A stretch of 64,000 nucleotides of DNA from Pseudomonas sp. (GCF_041601375.1 NZ_JBFIIG010000002.1:11046-75045); one strand, 5' to 3'; numbered from the stretch's first letter, positions 42,354-55,918 are shown. Numbers and translations are program-made. Notes: generated by a model not told the origin, from the sequence alone.

Positions 42354-42546
42354 CTCTTGTGCCCGGCACCGCTATCGCCACCGGTGGCAATCGCTCGAGT
42401 ATAGCCATAACTCTGGATGTGATCACAAATGCCTGGTGTCGGGCACAAGTGCGGTCACCTGGGTTTGTCCCAGTGCCAGGGTCGGATTTGGTCAAATTTT
42501 GTGCTATATTTCGCGGCCGTTTACTCCTGACATCTCGGTCATCTTC

Positions 42547-44874
<2,328 letters not shown>

Positions 44875-44898
44875 TTGGCTTGTAATGGCCACAGGCTG

Positions 44899-45050
44899 TC
44901 GCGGCTAAAGCCCCTCCCACGGGATCCAGGATGTCTGTGGGAGGGGCCGGGCGGCGTTCCGCTGTAGGCGCGAGCTTTTGCGCTGTTTAGCCGGGTAGGG
45001 TGGGCAGCCTAAATCGCTCCCCGGATTGCGCTGGCGCTTATCCGGGCTGC
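44899..45050. repeat. REP cluster
   Basis: TCGCGGCTAAAGCCCCTCCCAC / GTGGGAGGGG inverted pair, plus CCCGGATTGC...ATCCGGGCT related to 58763. Confidence 0.7.
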
Positions 45051-45063
45051 AGAGCGATGCTAT

Positions 45064-46329
45064 TTAGCCGTAACGCTTCTGCGCCTCGATGGCCAGACCG
45101 CTGCCGATGCTGCCGAAGGTATTGCCTTCCACATGGCGGGCATTCGGTAGCATTGCCGCGACGCTCTGGCGCAGTGCCGGGATGCCGCTGGAACCACCGG
45201 TAAAGAACACCGTATCGACCTGTTCGACGCCCACCCCGGCATCGCCGAGCAACTGGGTGACGCTGGCGCGCACGCGTTCGAGCAGCGGCGCTATGGCCCC
45301 CTCGAACAGTTCGCGGGTCAGCTCGGCGACCAGGCCGGGTTCGACCCGGCCCAGGTCGATGGGCCGCTCTGTCTGCTCGGTCAGGGCGATCTTGCTGTCT
45401 TCCACCTGCATCGCCAGCCAGTGGCCGTCGCGCCGTTCGATCAGCTTGAACAAACGGTCGATGCCGGTGGGGTCGACGATGTCGTAGCGCATGCTCTGCA
45501 GCGCCCGCTGCGACTGCGCCGAGTAGACCGCGTTGATGGTGTGCCAGGTGGCCAGATTGAGGTGGGTGCTGGTGGGCATGGGTGCGTCGCTCTTCATCCG
45601 GCTGCCGTAGCCGAACAGCGGCATCACACCCTGCAGGCTGAGCTGCTTGTCGAAATCGGTACCGCCGATATGCACACCGCCGGTGGCGAGGATATCGTCA
45701 TGCCGCTCGGCGACGCTGCGTCGCTGCGGTGACAGACGTACCAGGGAGAAGTCCGAGGTGCCGCCGCCGATGTCGACGATCAGCACCAGCTCTTCGCGCT
45801 CGATGCCGGACTCGTAGTCGAAGGCCGCGGCGATCGGTTCGTATTGGAAGGACACGTCCTTGAAACCGAGCTTGTATGCCACCGCCACCAGGGTGTTCTG
45901 CGCTTCGAGATCGGCCACCGGGTCGTCGTCGACGAAGAACACCGGGCGGCCCAGCACCACTTCCTCGAACGGCCTGCCGGCCACGGCTTCGGCGCGGTTC
46001 TTCAGCTCGCCGATAAAGAAGCCGAGCAGGTCCTTGAACGGCAGGGCGCTGCCCAGCACCGTGGTTTCGCTCTTCAGCAGCTTGGAGCCGAGCAGGCTCT
46101 TCAGCGAGCGCATCAGCCGGCCCTCGTAGCCTTCCAGGTATTCCTGCAGGGCCAGGCGACCGTAGACCGGTCGGCGTTCCTCGAGGTTGAAGAACACCAC
46201 CGAGGGCAGGGTGATCTTGCCGTCTTCCAGTTCGATCAGGGTCTCGGCGTCGGGACGCAGCCAGCCGACGGTGGAGTTGGAGGTGCCGAAGTCGATGCCG
46301 CAGGCGCGGGCGGGAGTGGAGAAAATCAT
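45064..46329 (-). CDS. Hsp70-like ATPase, YegD family
   Basis: GIDFGTSNS, GRLMRSLKS, VDIGGGTSDFS, TGGSS; no substrate-binding domain. Confidence 0.92.
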   Translation of the reverse strand: MIFSTPARACGIDFGTSNSTVGWLRPDAETLIELEDGKITLPSVVFFNLEERRPVYGRLALQEYLEGYEGRLMRSLKSLLGSKLLKSETTVLGSALPFKDLLGFFIGELKNRAEAVAGRPFEEVVLGRPVFFVDDDPVADLEAQNTLVAVAYKLGFKDVSFQYEPIAAAFDYESGIEREELVLIVDIGGGTSDFSLVRLSPQRRSVAERHDDILATGGVHIGGTDFDKQLSLQGVMPLFGYGSRMKSDAPMPTSTHLNLATWHTINAVYSAQSQRALQSMRYDIVDPTGIDRLFKLIERRDGHWLAMQVEDSKIALTEQTERPIDLGRVEPGLVAELTRELFEGAIAPLLERVRASVTQLLGDAGVGVEQVDTVFFTGGSSGIPALRQSVAAMLPNARHVEGNTFGSIGSGLAIEAQKRYG

Positions 46330-46401
46330 GCGACGCGCTGTTCCTAGAAAAACGGCCGCGCATTCTATGCGAGTCGTGCGCCTCTTGCTGCGCTTATTGC
46401 G

Positions 46402-46854
46402 CTATGACGCGACGAACGATCCCCAACCCAGGGTCAGCGCGGCCAGCGCCAGGTAACGCCCGCTCTTGGCCAGGCCGACGATCAGCAGGAAGACCCACAA
46501 GCGCTCACGCATCACCCCGGCGACCAGGGTCAAGGGATCGCCGATGATCGGCAGCCAGCTGAGCAGCAGCGACCAGCGTCCGTAGCGCGTATACCAGCCC
46601 TGCGCCTGGTGCAGGCGCTGTTCGCTGACCGGAAACCAGCGGCGCTGACGAAAGTGTTCCAGGTAGCGCCCCAGCTGCCAGTTGACAAGCGAACCTAGGA
46701 CATTGCCGACGCTGGCCACCGCCACCAGCAGCCACAACGGGTAGGTTTCGCTGAGCAGCAGGCCGACCAGCACCGCCTCGGAGCCCAATGGCAGCAAGGT
46801 CGCGGCGCCGAAGGCCGAGAGGAACAGGCCCACATAGGCGGAGAACGTCAGCAC
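46402..46854 (-). CDS. YqaA (DedA/SNARE-associated) membrane protein
   Basis: AATLLPLGSE, GNVLGS, SWLPIIGDPL, KSGRY. Confidence 0.9.
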   Translation of the reverse strand: MLTFSAYVGLFLSAFGAATLLPLGSEAVLVGLLLSETYPLWLLVAVASVGNVLGSLVNWQLGRYLEHFRQRRWFPVSEQRLHQAQGWYTRYGRWSLLLSWLPIIGDPLTLVAGVMRERLWVFLLIVGLAKSGRYLALAALTLGWGSFVAS

Positions 46855-46909
46855 GCCGCAACTGGCCTGGGTGCCGGGCGCTGCCGCGCCTGTACGGCAG
46901 ACCGCGTAC

Positions 46910-47632
46910 TCAGGCCTGCGGGGCCATGATCTCTTCCAGCTTCAAGCCGGTGAGACCGTGAATGGTGCGCCACAGGTAATAGAAGATCGCCATCAGCATG
47001 ATCATCGAGGGGATGGCGATCATCGGGTAGCTGAGCAGGTTCATCCGACCCAATTCCTCATTGAAGGCCTCGCTGCCGGATGGGCTGATCACGATCCACT
47101 TGGCCAGCACATAGTTCATCGCCGAGGAAAAGAAGAAGGTGCCGCTCAGCCAGTAGGTGGCGGTCAGCAGGCGCGTTTCGAAGTGCTGGGTATGGCCGCC
47201 CTGTTCCAGGCGCTCATGGATCTTGTCGACATTGAGCACGGTCTTGTTGAACAGCAGGGTGCGGATCAGCGGGTAGCGGGTGCGGGTCGACACCAGCACG
47301 GCGATGCCGATCAGGCCGGGAATCGTCGCTTCCTTGATCGCCAGCCACTGGTTGTCCAGCTTGAGCAGGCCGATGCCGCCGGTGAGCAGCACGCTGAGCA
47401 GGCCGAGCAGGGCGATGAAGTTGAATTTGCGGTACTTGACCAGCTCGAACGTGCCCCAGCCGAGGGGGAACGCCAGCGCCAGGATCAGAGCGCCATCGGC
47501 GCCGAGATTGGACTCGCCGCTGAACTTCATCAGGATCAGTGAAGGAATCAGGATGCTGATCAGCAAGTCCACCAGCGGGCGGGGTTTGTGTGCGGCGGTG
47601 GAGCTGTGGGTGGTCTCGGTCATGTCGGTCAT
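46910..47632 (-). CDS. VC0807-like multi-TM membrane protein
   Basis: ILIPSLILMKFS, WLAIKEA, FFFSSAMNYVLA, FNEELG; start 47632 or 47623. Confidence 0.8.
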   Translation of the reverse strand: MTDMTETTHSSTAAHKPRPLVDLLISILIPSLILMKFSGESNLGADGALILALAFPLGWGTFELVKYRKFNFIALLGLLSVLLTGGIGLLKLDNQWLAIKEATIPGLIGIAVLVSTRTRYPLIRTLLFNKTVLNVDKIHERLEQGGHTQHFETRLLTATYWLSGTFFFSSAMNYVLAKWIVISPSGSEAFNEELGRMNLLSYPMIAIPSMIMLMAIFYYLWRTIHGLTGLKLEEIMAPQA

Positions 47633-47859
47633 AGTGCAGGAATGAATGTTGATGATCGCCTGCCTGGGCCGCGGCCGCCAGTCCGACCGTCGGTTGGACT
47701 GTGACAAAGTTGTACGCCAGAGCTGCGTCGGGAAGAAATCCTGCAGTGACGGCGGATTTTTGGCTGTAATTCTGTGCCTGTCGGGCGGCGCCCCAACACA
47801 CTGATGCTAAGGTGATATTACTCGGTGGCTAGCGGTTATCTGACCGCAGGAGTCCGGTA

Positions 47860-48807
47860 ATGCAGTCCTTTATGCTTTTTCGTGGGCCCTGCGCGGTGTT
47901 GGCCGTGTGCGCTGTGCTGGCGGGTCCGTTGGCGGCGAAGGAATGCATTGGCGTAGTCCCCGCCGGCACCCACAACTTCTGGACTCTGGTGGAGGTCGGC
48001 GCACAGCAGGCGGCCAGGGAAACCGGGGTCGACCTCTATTTTCGCGGACCCAGTCGCGAGGGCCGCGTCGAGACGCAGCTGCAACTGATCGACCGGGTCG
48101 TCGAGCGGGGTTGCAAGGCGCTGATCATTGCCCCGAGCGGTAGCGAGATCATCGCCAAGGTCCGCGAGCTCAAGGCGCGGGGCATTCTCAGCTTCTACAT
48201 CGATCGCGATGTCGGCGGCGCCGATGTGCAAGCGGTGATCGCCTCCAACAATTACCAGGCCGGCCAGTTGGCCGGGCGCTACCTGGCGCAAGTGCTGGGC
48301 CGCAAAGGGCGGGTCGGGGTGATTCGCACGAGCCCGCCAATCGCCTCCGCCAGCGAGCGCCAGCGTGGATTTACCCAGGCGGTGAAGGCCGCGGGGCTGC
48401 GCATCGTCTTCGATCACCCGCTCGGCGATGATCCCGAGGTGGCGTTCAATGCCCTGCGCGAGCAGCTGCCACAACTCGATGCGCTGTTTACCCCGGATGG
48501 CTCCACCACCCGCACGACCCATGCCGCGTTGTTGCGCCTGCAGGCGGCGGAGCAAGTGCGGCATGTCGGTTTCGATGGCGGCCGCTTGCTGGCGGGCGCC
48601 CTCGGCAGCGGTCGGATCACCGCGCTGGTGATCCAGCGGCCCTACGCCATGGGCTATCGAAGCGTGCGTCTGGCCCAGCGCGCCTTGCGCGACAAGCGCG
48701 TGGAGTCCCAGCGGCGGCAGGTCGAACTGGAGGTGATGCTGGTGACCCGGGAGAATCTCGATCGGCTGGAGGTCAAGGAACTCCTGGCGTTGCCCTGGCG
48801 CCCCTGA
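47860..48807 (+). CDS. Periplasmic substrate-binding protein (RbsB/type I sugar-binding fold)
   Basis: Signal peptide, NFWTLVEVGA, ASNNYQAG, ERQRGF, VGFDG, QRPYAMGY; GGAG RBS. Confidence 0.85.
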   Translation: MQSFMLFRGPCAVLAVCAVLAGPLAAKECIGVVPAGTHNFWTLVEVGAQQAARETGVDLYFRGPSREGRVETQLQLIDRVVERGCKALIIAPSGSEIIAKVRELKARGILSFYIDRDVGGADVQAVIASNNYQAGQLAGRYLAQVLGRKGRVGVIRTSPPIASASERQRGFTQAVKAAGLRIVFDHPLGDDPEVAFNALREQLPQLDALFTPDGSTTRTTHAALLRLQAAEQVRHVGFDGGRLLAGALGSGRITALVIQRPYAMGYRSVRLAQRALRDKRVESQRRQVELEVMLVTRENLDRLEVKELLALPWRP

Positions 48808-48965
48808 AGGCATCGGCGCCTGGCGGCGCGAACGGGTCTCAATGCGCCAGGACGGAATTCGTCGACGCCAAGGCGTAGCGGCGGTCGGGCCGATAAGCTG
48901 CGCTTGTAAAACGGCGTGCAGGCGTTCATATCTTAGGCCGTGGCGGATAGCGAGAAGAGGTGGTG

Positions 48966-49232
48966 ATGGCCAGCGGTTGGGCAAACGACGACGCGGTACA
49001 GGAACAGATCGACAGCAGCATCGAGGACGCCGTGCAGCGCGCGCGCAGCCAGTTGCCGCGCGGGCCGAGTCTGAGCCATTGCGAGGAATGCGATGCGGCC
49101 ATCCCCGAGGCGCGCCGCCAGGCGATTGCCGGCGTGCGCCTGTGTGTGGCCTGCCAGTCGGAACAGGACAGGGAGCAGGCCAGGTTCAGCGGCTATAACA
49201 GGCGCGGCAGCAAGGACAGTCAGCTGCGGTGA
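48966..49232 (+). CDS. DksA/TraR C4 zinc finger protein (YbiI-like)
   Basis: MASGWANDDAVQEQID, CEEC..IPEARR...CVAC, RRGSKDSQLR. Confidence 0.92.
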   Translation: MASGWANDDAVQEQIDSSIEDAVQRARSQLPRGPSLSHCEECDAAIPEARRQAIAGVRLCVACQSEQDREQARFSGYNRRGSKDSQLR

Positions 49233-49467
49233 GCAGGGGCTGCAGGCCAACCCTTACCGAGCCGTTGGTCGGCGCGCCGCGGGAGGGCAGGTCAGGAAAC
49301 CGCAGGCGGCCGTCTCGGCGAAACCTAACCGCCCTCGGCGACCGTGCGTACCGGGCGACGCGATACCCAGATGAGTGGACTAACCTTCAAGTGAGGGGCT
49401 GCACCGGTGCATGTCCCGGGAATGGGGGTGAGCGAAGAAGTCTTTCCTGAACAGGGGAGGAGGCAGC

Positions 49468-50211
49468 ATGCAACTCCATTATTCAATGGTTATCGGCGCC
49501 CTGGCGATAGCCTTGCTCCCAGCTGTGGTCTTGGCCAAGGACAAGCGCGAGTTCACTGACAGCTTTCCGTTGGGCGAATGTGATTTAACCAGTATCGGCG
49601 AGAATCGATACTTTGTTCTAAAGCCAGGTCGTGAAGCCCACTTCAACAACTTCCAGTGCGTTGCCGAAGGCGAGTGCAGCGAAACCGAGGAGTTGGTCAT
49701 CAGTGTGCTCAACGAAACGCGCGACATAACGCTTGCGATCGATGGCGAGGCGACCACCGTGACCACCCGGGTCGTCGAGGAACGCGAGACAGTGGATGGG
49801 CAGCTGGCGGAGGTCTCCCGCAACTTCTTCGTCGAGTGTGCCGCTACCCAGGATGTCTACTACTTTGGCGAAGAAGTGGATATTTACCAGGACGGCATAG
49901 TCGTCAGCCATGAGGGCGAATGGCTGGCCGGTGCAGGCGGTGCGGAGCCGGGAATCATCATGCCGGGTGGGGCGTTCCTGCTGGGCGCTCGCTATTTTCA
50001 GGAAGTCGCGCCAGAGGTCGCCTTGGATCGGGCCGAACACATCGGCGCAGGCCTGGCGATAGAAGTGCCAGCGGGCAACAAGGACGATTGCGTCGAAGTC
50101 GAAGAGACCACGCCGCTGGATAAGAAATCGGTCTCGACGAAGATCTACTGCCCCGATTCAGGGTTGGTGTTCGACGATGGCCTTGAGCTGGTATTGGTGA
50201 TCGAGCCCTGA
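49468..50211 (+). CDS. Secreted acidic hypothetical protein
   Basis: GGAGG RBS, signal peptide, Asp/Glu-rich, six Cys; more A/T-ending codons than neighbours. Confidence 0.82.
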   Translation: MQLHYSMVIGALAIALLPAVVLAKDKREFTDSFPLGECDLTSIGENRYFVLKPGREAHFNNFQCVAEGECSETEELVISVLNETRDITLAIDGEATTVTTRVVEERETVDGQLAEVSRNFFVECAATQDVYYFGEEVDIYQDGIVVSHEGEWLAGAGGAEPGIIMPGGAFLLGARYFQEVAPEVALDRAEHIGAGLAIEVPAGNKDDCVEVEETTPLDKKSVSTKIYCPDSGLVFDDGLELVLVIEP

Positions 50212-50246
50212 GCGCGGTTCGCCTGTTGTCGGTGAGTGAGTTAGGT

Positions 50247-50302
50247 GGCGGATTGCACTCGCCCTCTGTGAGTATGCCGGTGTAGGGCGGGTGCAACCCG
50301 CC
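50247..50302. repeat. REP pair (GTAGGGCGGGTGCAACCCGCC family)
   Basis: Forward copy 50282-50302 and a degenerate inverted copy GGCGGATTGCACTCGCCCT. Confidence 0.7.
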
Positions 50303-50308
50303 AACTAT

Positions 50309-52009
50309 TCAAAACAAGAAATACCGCTGCGCCATCGGCAGCACGTCCGCCGGTTCGCACCAGAGCAATTGGCCGTCCGCCTTGACCTGATAGTTCTGCG
50401 CATCGACCTCGATAGTCGGTAGATAGTCGTTGTGGATCAGGTCGGTCTTTTTCACTTCGCGACAGCCTTTGACCACGGCGATCTTCTTCTTCAAGCCCAG
50501 TTGCTCGGGAATGCCGGCGTCCAGTGCGGCCTGGCTGATAAAGGTCAGGCTGCTGGCGTGCAGGCTGCCGCCGAAGCTGCCGAACATCGGCCGGTAGTGC
50601 ACCGGTTGCGGCGTCGGAATCGAAGCGTTGGCGTCGCCCATCAGGCTGGCGGCGATGACCCCGCCCTTCAGAATCAAACTCGGCTTGACGCCGAAGAAGG
50701 CCGGGCGCCAGAGCACCAGGTCGGCCCATTTGCCGACTTCGATGGAGCCCACCTCATGGCTGATGCCGTGGGTGATGGCCGGGTTGATGGTGTATTTGGC
50801 GATGTAGCGCTTGGCGCGGAAGTTGTCGTTGCCCTCGCCATCCTCGGCCAGGGCGCCGCGCTGCCTCTTCATCTTGTCGGCGGTCTGCCAGGTGCGCATG
50901 ATCACCTCGCCGACCCGGCCCATGGCCTGGCTGTCGGAGCTGATCATCGAGAAGGCGCCGAGGTCATGCAGGATATCCTCGGCGGCGATGGTCTCCCTGC
51001 GGATGCGCGACTCGGCGAAGGCCACGTCCTCGGCGATGCTCGGGTCGAGGTGGTGGCAGACCATCAGCATGTCCAGGTGTTCGTCGATGGTGTTACGGGT
51101 GAACGGCCGGGTCGGGTTGGTCGAGCTGGGCAGCACATTGGCGAAGCCGCAGGCCTTGATGATGTCCGGCGCATGGCCGCCGCCGGCGCCCTCGGTGTGG
51201 TAGGTGTGGATGGTGCGGCCCTTGAAGGCGGCCAGGGTGGTCTCGACGAAACCGGACTCGTTCAGCGTGTCGGTGTGGATCGCCACCTGCACGTCGTATT
51301 GGTCGGCCACGCTCAGGCAGTTGTCGATCGCCGCCGGAGTGGTGCCCCAGTCCTCGTGCAGCTTGAGGCCGATGGCGCCGGCCTTGACCTGTTCGATCAG
51401 CGGTTCCGGCAGCGAAGCATTGCCCTTGCCGGTGAAGCCCAGGTTCATCGGGAAGGCGTCGGCGGCCTGCAGCATGCGCATCATGTGCCACGGCCCCGGC
51501 GTGCAGGTGGTGGCGTTGGTGCCGGTGGCCGGCCCGGTGCCGCCGCCGATCATGGTGGTCACCCCACTCATCAGCGCCTCTTCGATCTGCTGAGGGCAGA
51601 TGAAGTGAATGTGCGAGTCGATGCCGCCCGCGGTGAGGATCATGCCCTCGCCGGCGATCACTTCGGTGCCGGCGCCGATGGCGATTGTCACGTCCGGCTG
51701 GATATCCGGGTTGCCGGCCTTGCCGATGGCTTTGACGCGCCCGTCCTTCAGCCCGACATCGGCCTTGACCACGCCCCAGTGGTCGAGGATCAGCGCGTTG
51801 GTGATCAGGGTGTCGACCACATCCGCGGCGCACAGCTGGCTCTGGCCCATGCCGTCGCGAATCACCTTGCCGCCGCCGAATTTCACTTCCTCGCCGTAGT
51901 GGGTGAAGTCTTTTTCCACCTCGATCCACAGCTCGGTATCGGCCAGGCGCACCTTGTCGCCGACGGTGGGGCCGAACATGTCGGCATAGGCTTGGCGGGA
52001 AATTTTCAT
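50309..52009 (-). CDS. ureC: Urease subunit alpha
   Basis: [39 protein letters not shown]. Confidence 0.99.
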   Translation of the reverse strand: MKISRQAYADMFGPTVGDKVRLADTELWIEVEKDFTHYGEEVKFGGGKVIRDGMGQSQLCAADVVDTLITNALILDHWGVVKADVGLKDGRVKAIGKAGNPDIQPDVTIAIGAGTEVIAGEGMILTAGGIDSHIHFICPQQIEEALMSGVTTMIGGGTGPATGTNATTCTPGPWHMMRMLQAADAFPMNLGFTGKGNASLPEPLIEQVKAGAIGLKLHEDWGTTPAAIDNCLSVADQYDVQVAIHTDTLNESGFVETTLAAFKGRTIHTYHTEGAGGGHAPDIIKACGFANVLPSSTNPTRPFTRNTIDEHLDMLMVCHHLDPSIAEDVAFAESRIRRETIAAEDILHDLGAFSMISSDSQAMGRVGEVIMRTWQTADKMKRQRGALAEDGEGNDNFRAKRYIAKYTINPAITHGISHEVGSIEVGKWADLVLWRPAFFGVKPSLILKGGVIAASLMGDANASIPTPQPVHYRPMFGSFGGSLHASSLTFISQAALDAGIPEQLGLKKKIAVVKGCREVKKTDLIHNDYLPTIEVDAQNYQVKADGQLLWCEPADVLPMAQRYFLF

Positions 52010-52022
52010 CGAGTGCCTTCCT

Positions 52023-52085
52023 GTAGGGTGCGCTATGCGCACCATTGCTATCCGCGTTGTTTGTGGTGCGCAGGGCGCACCCTAC
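52023..52085. repeat. REP doublet (GTAGGGTGCGC family)
   Basis: GTAGGGTGCGCTATGCGCACC...GGTGCGCAGGGCGCACCCTAC. Confidence 0.85.
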
Positions 52086-52088
52086 GGG

Positions 52089-52394
52089 TTACAGATCGCC
52101 CATCACCCGGCCGGCAAAGCCGAACACCCGACGCTGTCCGGCCAGGTCGACCAGTTCGACTTCGCGCGATTGCCCCGGCTCGAAACGCACGGCGGTGCCG
52201 GCCGGAATATTCAGGCGCATGCCGCGCGTGCTCGCCCGGTCGAACGTCAGCGCATCGTTGGTCTCGAAGAAGTGATAGTGCGAGCCGACCTGGATCGGCC
52301 GGTCGCCGCTATTGGCCACGGTCAGGGTCAAGGTGCGGCGGCCGACGTTGAGTTCGATCTCGCCGTGCTGGATCTGGTATTCGCCGGGGATCAT
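52089..52394 (-). CDS. ureB: Urease subunit beta
   Basis: [31 protein letters not shown]. Confidence 0.98.
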   Translation of the reverse strand: MIPGEYQIQHGEIELNVGRRTLTLTVANSGDRPIQVGSHYHFFETNDALTFDRASTRGMRLNIPAGTAVRFEPGQSREVELVDLAGQRRVFGFAGRVMGDL

Positions 52395-52903
52395 CGGATG
52401 CTCCTGGATTCGGGCAGGATTAGTTGCATAAAGGTCAGATCCAGCCAGCGATCGAACTTGCGTCCGACCTGGGGCATCTGCCCAGTGGTGACGAAACCGA
52501 AGCGTTGATGCAGGCGGATCGAGGCGACGTTTTCGCTCTCGATGGCGGCAACCATGACATGCAGGCCGTCATCCGTGGCGCGCTCGATCAGGGCCTTCAG
52601 CAAGGCCAGGCCGAGGCCGCGGCCGCGCTGGTCGGCACGCACGTAAAGCGAGTGCTCGACGGTATGGCGAAAGCCTTCGTTGCTGCGCCAGCTGCCGTAA
52701 CTGGCGTAGCCCAGCACTTCGCCTTCGCTGTCTTGCGCCACCAGCACGGGAAAGCCGGCCGCCTCGCGCTCGAGCAGCCAGGCGCGGCGGTTGGCCAGAT
52801 CGGTCAGGGTTTCGATCCACAGCGCGGTGCTGTGGAGTACCGCATCGTTATAAATCGCCAGGATGCCGGGCAGGTCGGCTTGGGTCGCGTCTTGAATTGT
52901 CAT
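52391..52903 (-). CDS. GNAT N-acetyltransferase (phosphinothricin/methionine sulfoximine acetyltransferase family)
   Basis: [35 protein letters not shown]. Confidence 0.92.
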   Translation of the reverse strand: MTIQDATQADLPGILAIYNDAVLHSTALWIETLTDLANRRAWLLEREAAGFPVLVAQDSEGEVLGYASYGSWRSNEGFRHTVEHSLYVRADQRGRGLGLALLKALIERATDDGLHVMVAAIESENVASIRLHQRFGFVTTGQMPQVGRKFDRWLDLTFMQLILPESRSIR

Positions 52904-52914
52904 GTGTCGTTCCA

Positions 52915-52992
52915 GGAATCCATTCAAGGTCGTAGCGAGCGCAGCTCAGGCAACGCAGCATGAGCAAGCGCAGTAGACATTGGATGGGTTCC
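52915..52992. mobile_element. MITE-like element, family B
   Basis: Terminal IRs GGAATCCATTCAA / TTGGATGGGTTCC; abuts the ureA stop codon. Confidence 0.65.
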
Positions 52993-53295
<303 letters not shown>

Positions 53296-53298
53296 GGT

Positions 53299-54138
53299 TC
53301 AGGTGCTCCAGATTCTCGGGGGAACGGCCTCGCGGCCGAGCAGGGCGGGGCGCAGCAGGCGCCAGAGTTCGATCAGCCAGGTGCGGGCGTGCAGCGCCTC
53401 GTCGGCCAGGCAGCGAGCCACCAGCAGGCCGGGTAACTGGCTCAAATCGCCGCGTACCGCGCTGGGTAAGTTACGGCAGTGTTCGAGCAACTCGGCGTCG
53501 ATTTCGCCGCTGATCAACAGCGTGGCGAACACCGGCTTGCCGGCCAGGCCGATGGGCGAGTCGAGCAGGCCATCGCCGCCTTCGATGCGCTGGCGCTCGT
53601 GCCAAAGCAGCTGGCCGTCGCGGCGGATATTCAGTTGCGCCTGAAAATGGCCGGCATCGAAGCGCTCGCCGCTGGCCGGACGGCCGAGGGCGACCATGTC
53701 CCAATACAGCAGGCGGGCATCGCCGAGCAGTTCGATATCGCTGTGCAGTTCGGCCTGGGCGCCGGAATAGACGATGGTTTCCTGCGGCAACCACTCCAGG
53801 GTGGCACCGGCTTCGACGCGCAACTCGAGGTGCTGATAAGCGGGGCCGGCGGCGCGATACCACTTGGCCGCGCCGGGGCTGGTCAGCTGCGCCCAGGCGC
53901 CGCTGCCGACTGTGGCCGAAATATCCAGTCGGTCGCCGCCGGCGATGCCGCCCGGTGGATGGACGATGATGTGCTGGCAGACTTGCGGGCCTTCGGCGTA
54001 CAGGTGCTTCTGCACCCGCAGCGGGCCCTTGTGGCGGCGCAGGGTCGGGCGTGTGCAGTCGCCATCGCAGCCATAGCCCAGCTCCAGCTCGGCATGCCAG
54101 CTAGGGGTGAACAGGGCGGTGGGGGCGGGTGCGTTCAT
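53299..54138 (-). CDS. ureD: Urease accessory protein UreD
   Basis: [36 protein letters not shown]. Confidence 0.96.
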   Translation of the reverse strand: MNAPAPTALFTPSWHAELELGYGCDGDCTRPTLRRHKGPLRVQKHLYAEGPQVCQHIIVHPPGGIAGGDRLDISATVGSGAWAQLTSPGAAKWYRAAGPAYQHLELRVEAGATLEWLPQETIVYSGAQAELHSDIELLGDARLLYWDMVALGRPASGERFDAGHFQAQLNIRRDGQLLWHERQRIEGGDGLLDSPIGLAGKPVFATLLISGEIDAELLEHCRNLPSAVRGDLSQLPGLLVARCLADEALHARTWLIELWRLLRPALLGREAVPPRIWST

Positions 54139-54149
54139 AGGATCTTTTC

Positions 54150-54224
54150 GTAGGGTGGATGACGCTTTATCCATCCACCAGCTGTTGGTGCAGTGGTGGA
54201 TGAGCAGAGCGTCATCCACCCTAT
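54150..54224. repeat. REP doublet (GTAGGGTGGAT family)
   Basis: GTAGGGTGGATGACGCT...AGCGTCATCCACCCTA. Confidence 0.85.
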
Positions 54225-54232
54225 AGTGAGTC

Positions 54233-54931
54233 TCAAATCGCCACCAGGCCGCGCACGCCATCGGCCTCCATGCTGTCGCCGCGGCCCTGCTGGACGATCT
54301 CGCCGCGGCTCATCACCAGGTACTGATCGGCCAGTTCGGCGGCAAAATCATAGAACTGCTCGACCAGCAGGATGGCCATATCGCCGCGTTCGGCGAGTTT
54401 CTTGATCACCACGCCGATCTCCTTGATCACCGAGGGCTGGATGCCCTCGGTGGGCTCGTCGAGGATCAGCAGGCGCGGCTGACTGGCCAGGGCGCGGCCG
54501 ATGGCCAGCTGTTGCTGCTGGCCGCCGGAAAGGTCGCCGCCGCGGCGTTGTTTCATCTCGCGCAGCACCGGGAACAGCTCGTAGATAAACTCCGGCACCA
54601 CCTTGGCTTCCTTTGCGCCGAAACGGGAAAGCCCCATCAATAGATTTTCCTCGACGGTCAGGCGGCCGAAGATTTCCCGCCCTTGCGGCACGTAGGCGAT
54701 GCCGGCGTGCACGCGCTGGTGCGGCTTGAAGGCAGTGATCGGCTTACCTTCCCAGTTTACCGTACCCTCTTTGGCCGGCAGCAGGCCCATCAGGCATTTC
54801 AGCAGCGTGGTCTTGCCCACACCGTTACGCCCGAGCAGGCAGGTGACTTCGCCAACCCTGGCCTCGAACGACAGCCCGCGGAGGATATGGCTGCCGCCGT
54901 AGTATTGGTGCAGTTGCTCAACTTGCAGCAT
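54233..54931 (-). CDS. urtE: Urea ABC transporter ATP-binding subunit
   Basis: [26 protein letters not shown]. Confidence 0.95.
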   Translation of the reverse strand: MLQVEQLHQYYGGSHILRGLSFEARVGEVTCLLGRNGVGKTTLLKCLMGLLPAKEGTVNWEGKPITAFKPHQRVHAGIAYVPQGREIFGRLTVEENLLMGLSRFGAKEAKVVPEFIYELFPVLREMKQRRGGDLSGGQQQQLAIGRALASQPRLLILDEPTEGIQPSVIKEIGVVIKKLAERGDMAILLVEQFYDFAAELADQYLVMSRGEIVQQGRGDSMEADGVRGLVAI

Positions 54932-54943
54932 GGTTGTGTCCTT

Positions 54944-55016
54944 GTAGGGTGGATCACGTTTTACCGGTCCACCGTGTGGTGTGCGCGGTGGATGAAAAAA
55001 GCGTCATCCACCCTAC
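54944..55016. repeat. REP doublet (GTAGGGTGGAT family)
   Basis: GTAGGGTGGATCACG...GCGTCATCCACCCTAC. Confidence 0.85.
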
Positions 55017-55041
55017 GTCTTACCCCGCAACGGCTATTGGC

Positions 55042-55893
55042 TCACCGACCGAGATAAACCTCGATCACCCGCTCATCGGCCTGCACCTGTTCCAGCGAGC
55101 CTTCGGCCAGGACGCGGCCCTGGTGCAGCACGGTGACGTGGTCGGCGATGGAGCCGACGAAGCCCATGTCGTGTTCGACCACCATCAGCGAATGCTGGCC
55201 GGCCAGGGACTTGAACAATTCTGCGGTGAATTCGGTCTCTGCGTCGGTCATGCCCGCCACCGGCTCATCGAGCAGCAGCAGTTGGGGGTCCTGCACCAGC
55301 AGCATGCCGATCTCCAGGAACTGCTTCTGGCCGTGCGACAGCAAGCCAGCGGGGCGCTGGCGCGAGGCGTCGAGCTTGATGGTGTTGAGCACCTCGTCGA
55401 TGCGGTCGCGCTGCTCACCACTGAGCTTGGCGCGCAGGCTGGCCCACACCGATTTGTTGGTCTTCTGCGTCAGTTCGAGGTTTTCGAACACGCTGAGCGC
55501 CTCGAACACCGTGGGCTTCTGGAACTTGCGGCCGATGCCGGATTGGGCGATTTCCACTTCGCTCATCCGGGTCAGGTCGAGGGTGTCTCCGAAGTAAGCG
55601 ACGCCGTTGTCCGGGCGAGTCTTGCCGGTGATCACGTCCATCATGGTGGTCTTGCCGGCGCCATTGGGGCCGATGATGCAGCGCAGTTCGCCGACGCCGA
55701 TATACAGGGTCAGGTCGGTCAGCGCCTTGAAACCATCGAAACTGACGTTGATTTCTTCCAGGGTCAGGATGGTGCCGTGACGTGCATTGAGGCCCTTGCC
55801 GGCAGCGCTGCTCGCGCCTATGGCATCGCGGCCGCTGCCGGAAGCGTCGAAGGCCTGCGGGTGGATGGCTTCGGGGATAGGCGCGGCTCTCAT
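55042..55893 (-). CDS. urtD: Urea ABC transporter ATP-binding subunit
   Basis: GPNGAGKT, GRKFQKP, LSHGQKQ, VEHDM, VYLGR. Confidence 0.95.
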   Translation of the reverse strand: MRAAPIPEAIHPQAFDASGSGRDAIGASSAAGKGLNARHGTILTLEEINVSFDGFKALTDLTLYIGVGELRCIIGPNGAGKTTMMDVITGKTRPDNGVAYFGDTLDLTRMSEVEIAQSGIGRKFQKPTVFEALSVFENLELTQKTNKSVWASLRAKLSGEQRDRIDEVLNTIKLDASRQRPAGLLSHGQKQFLEIGMLLVQDPQLLLLDEPVAGMTDAETEFTAELFKSLAGQHSLMVVEHDMGFVGSIADHVTVLHQGRVLAEGSLEQVQADERVIEVYLGR

Positions 55894-55918
55894 TGCTTGT
55901 CTCCTTTGGAAGTCGTTA

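Noticed and set aside
42372-42404. Overlapping RpoS-like (CTATACT) and FliA-like promoter motifs upstream of the diguanylate cyclase on the minus strand
   Set aside because: Matches are degenerate and very close to the start codon; not supportable without TSS data
49233-49467. Possible riboswitch (GGCGAAACC hairpin) upstream of the secreted protein
   Set aside because: Only a GNRA-like hairpin; I could not identify the conserved core of any known riboswitch
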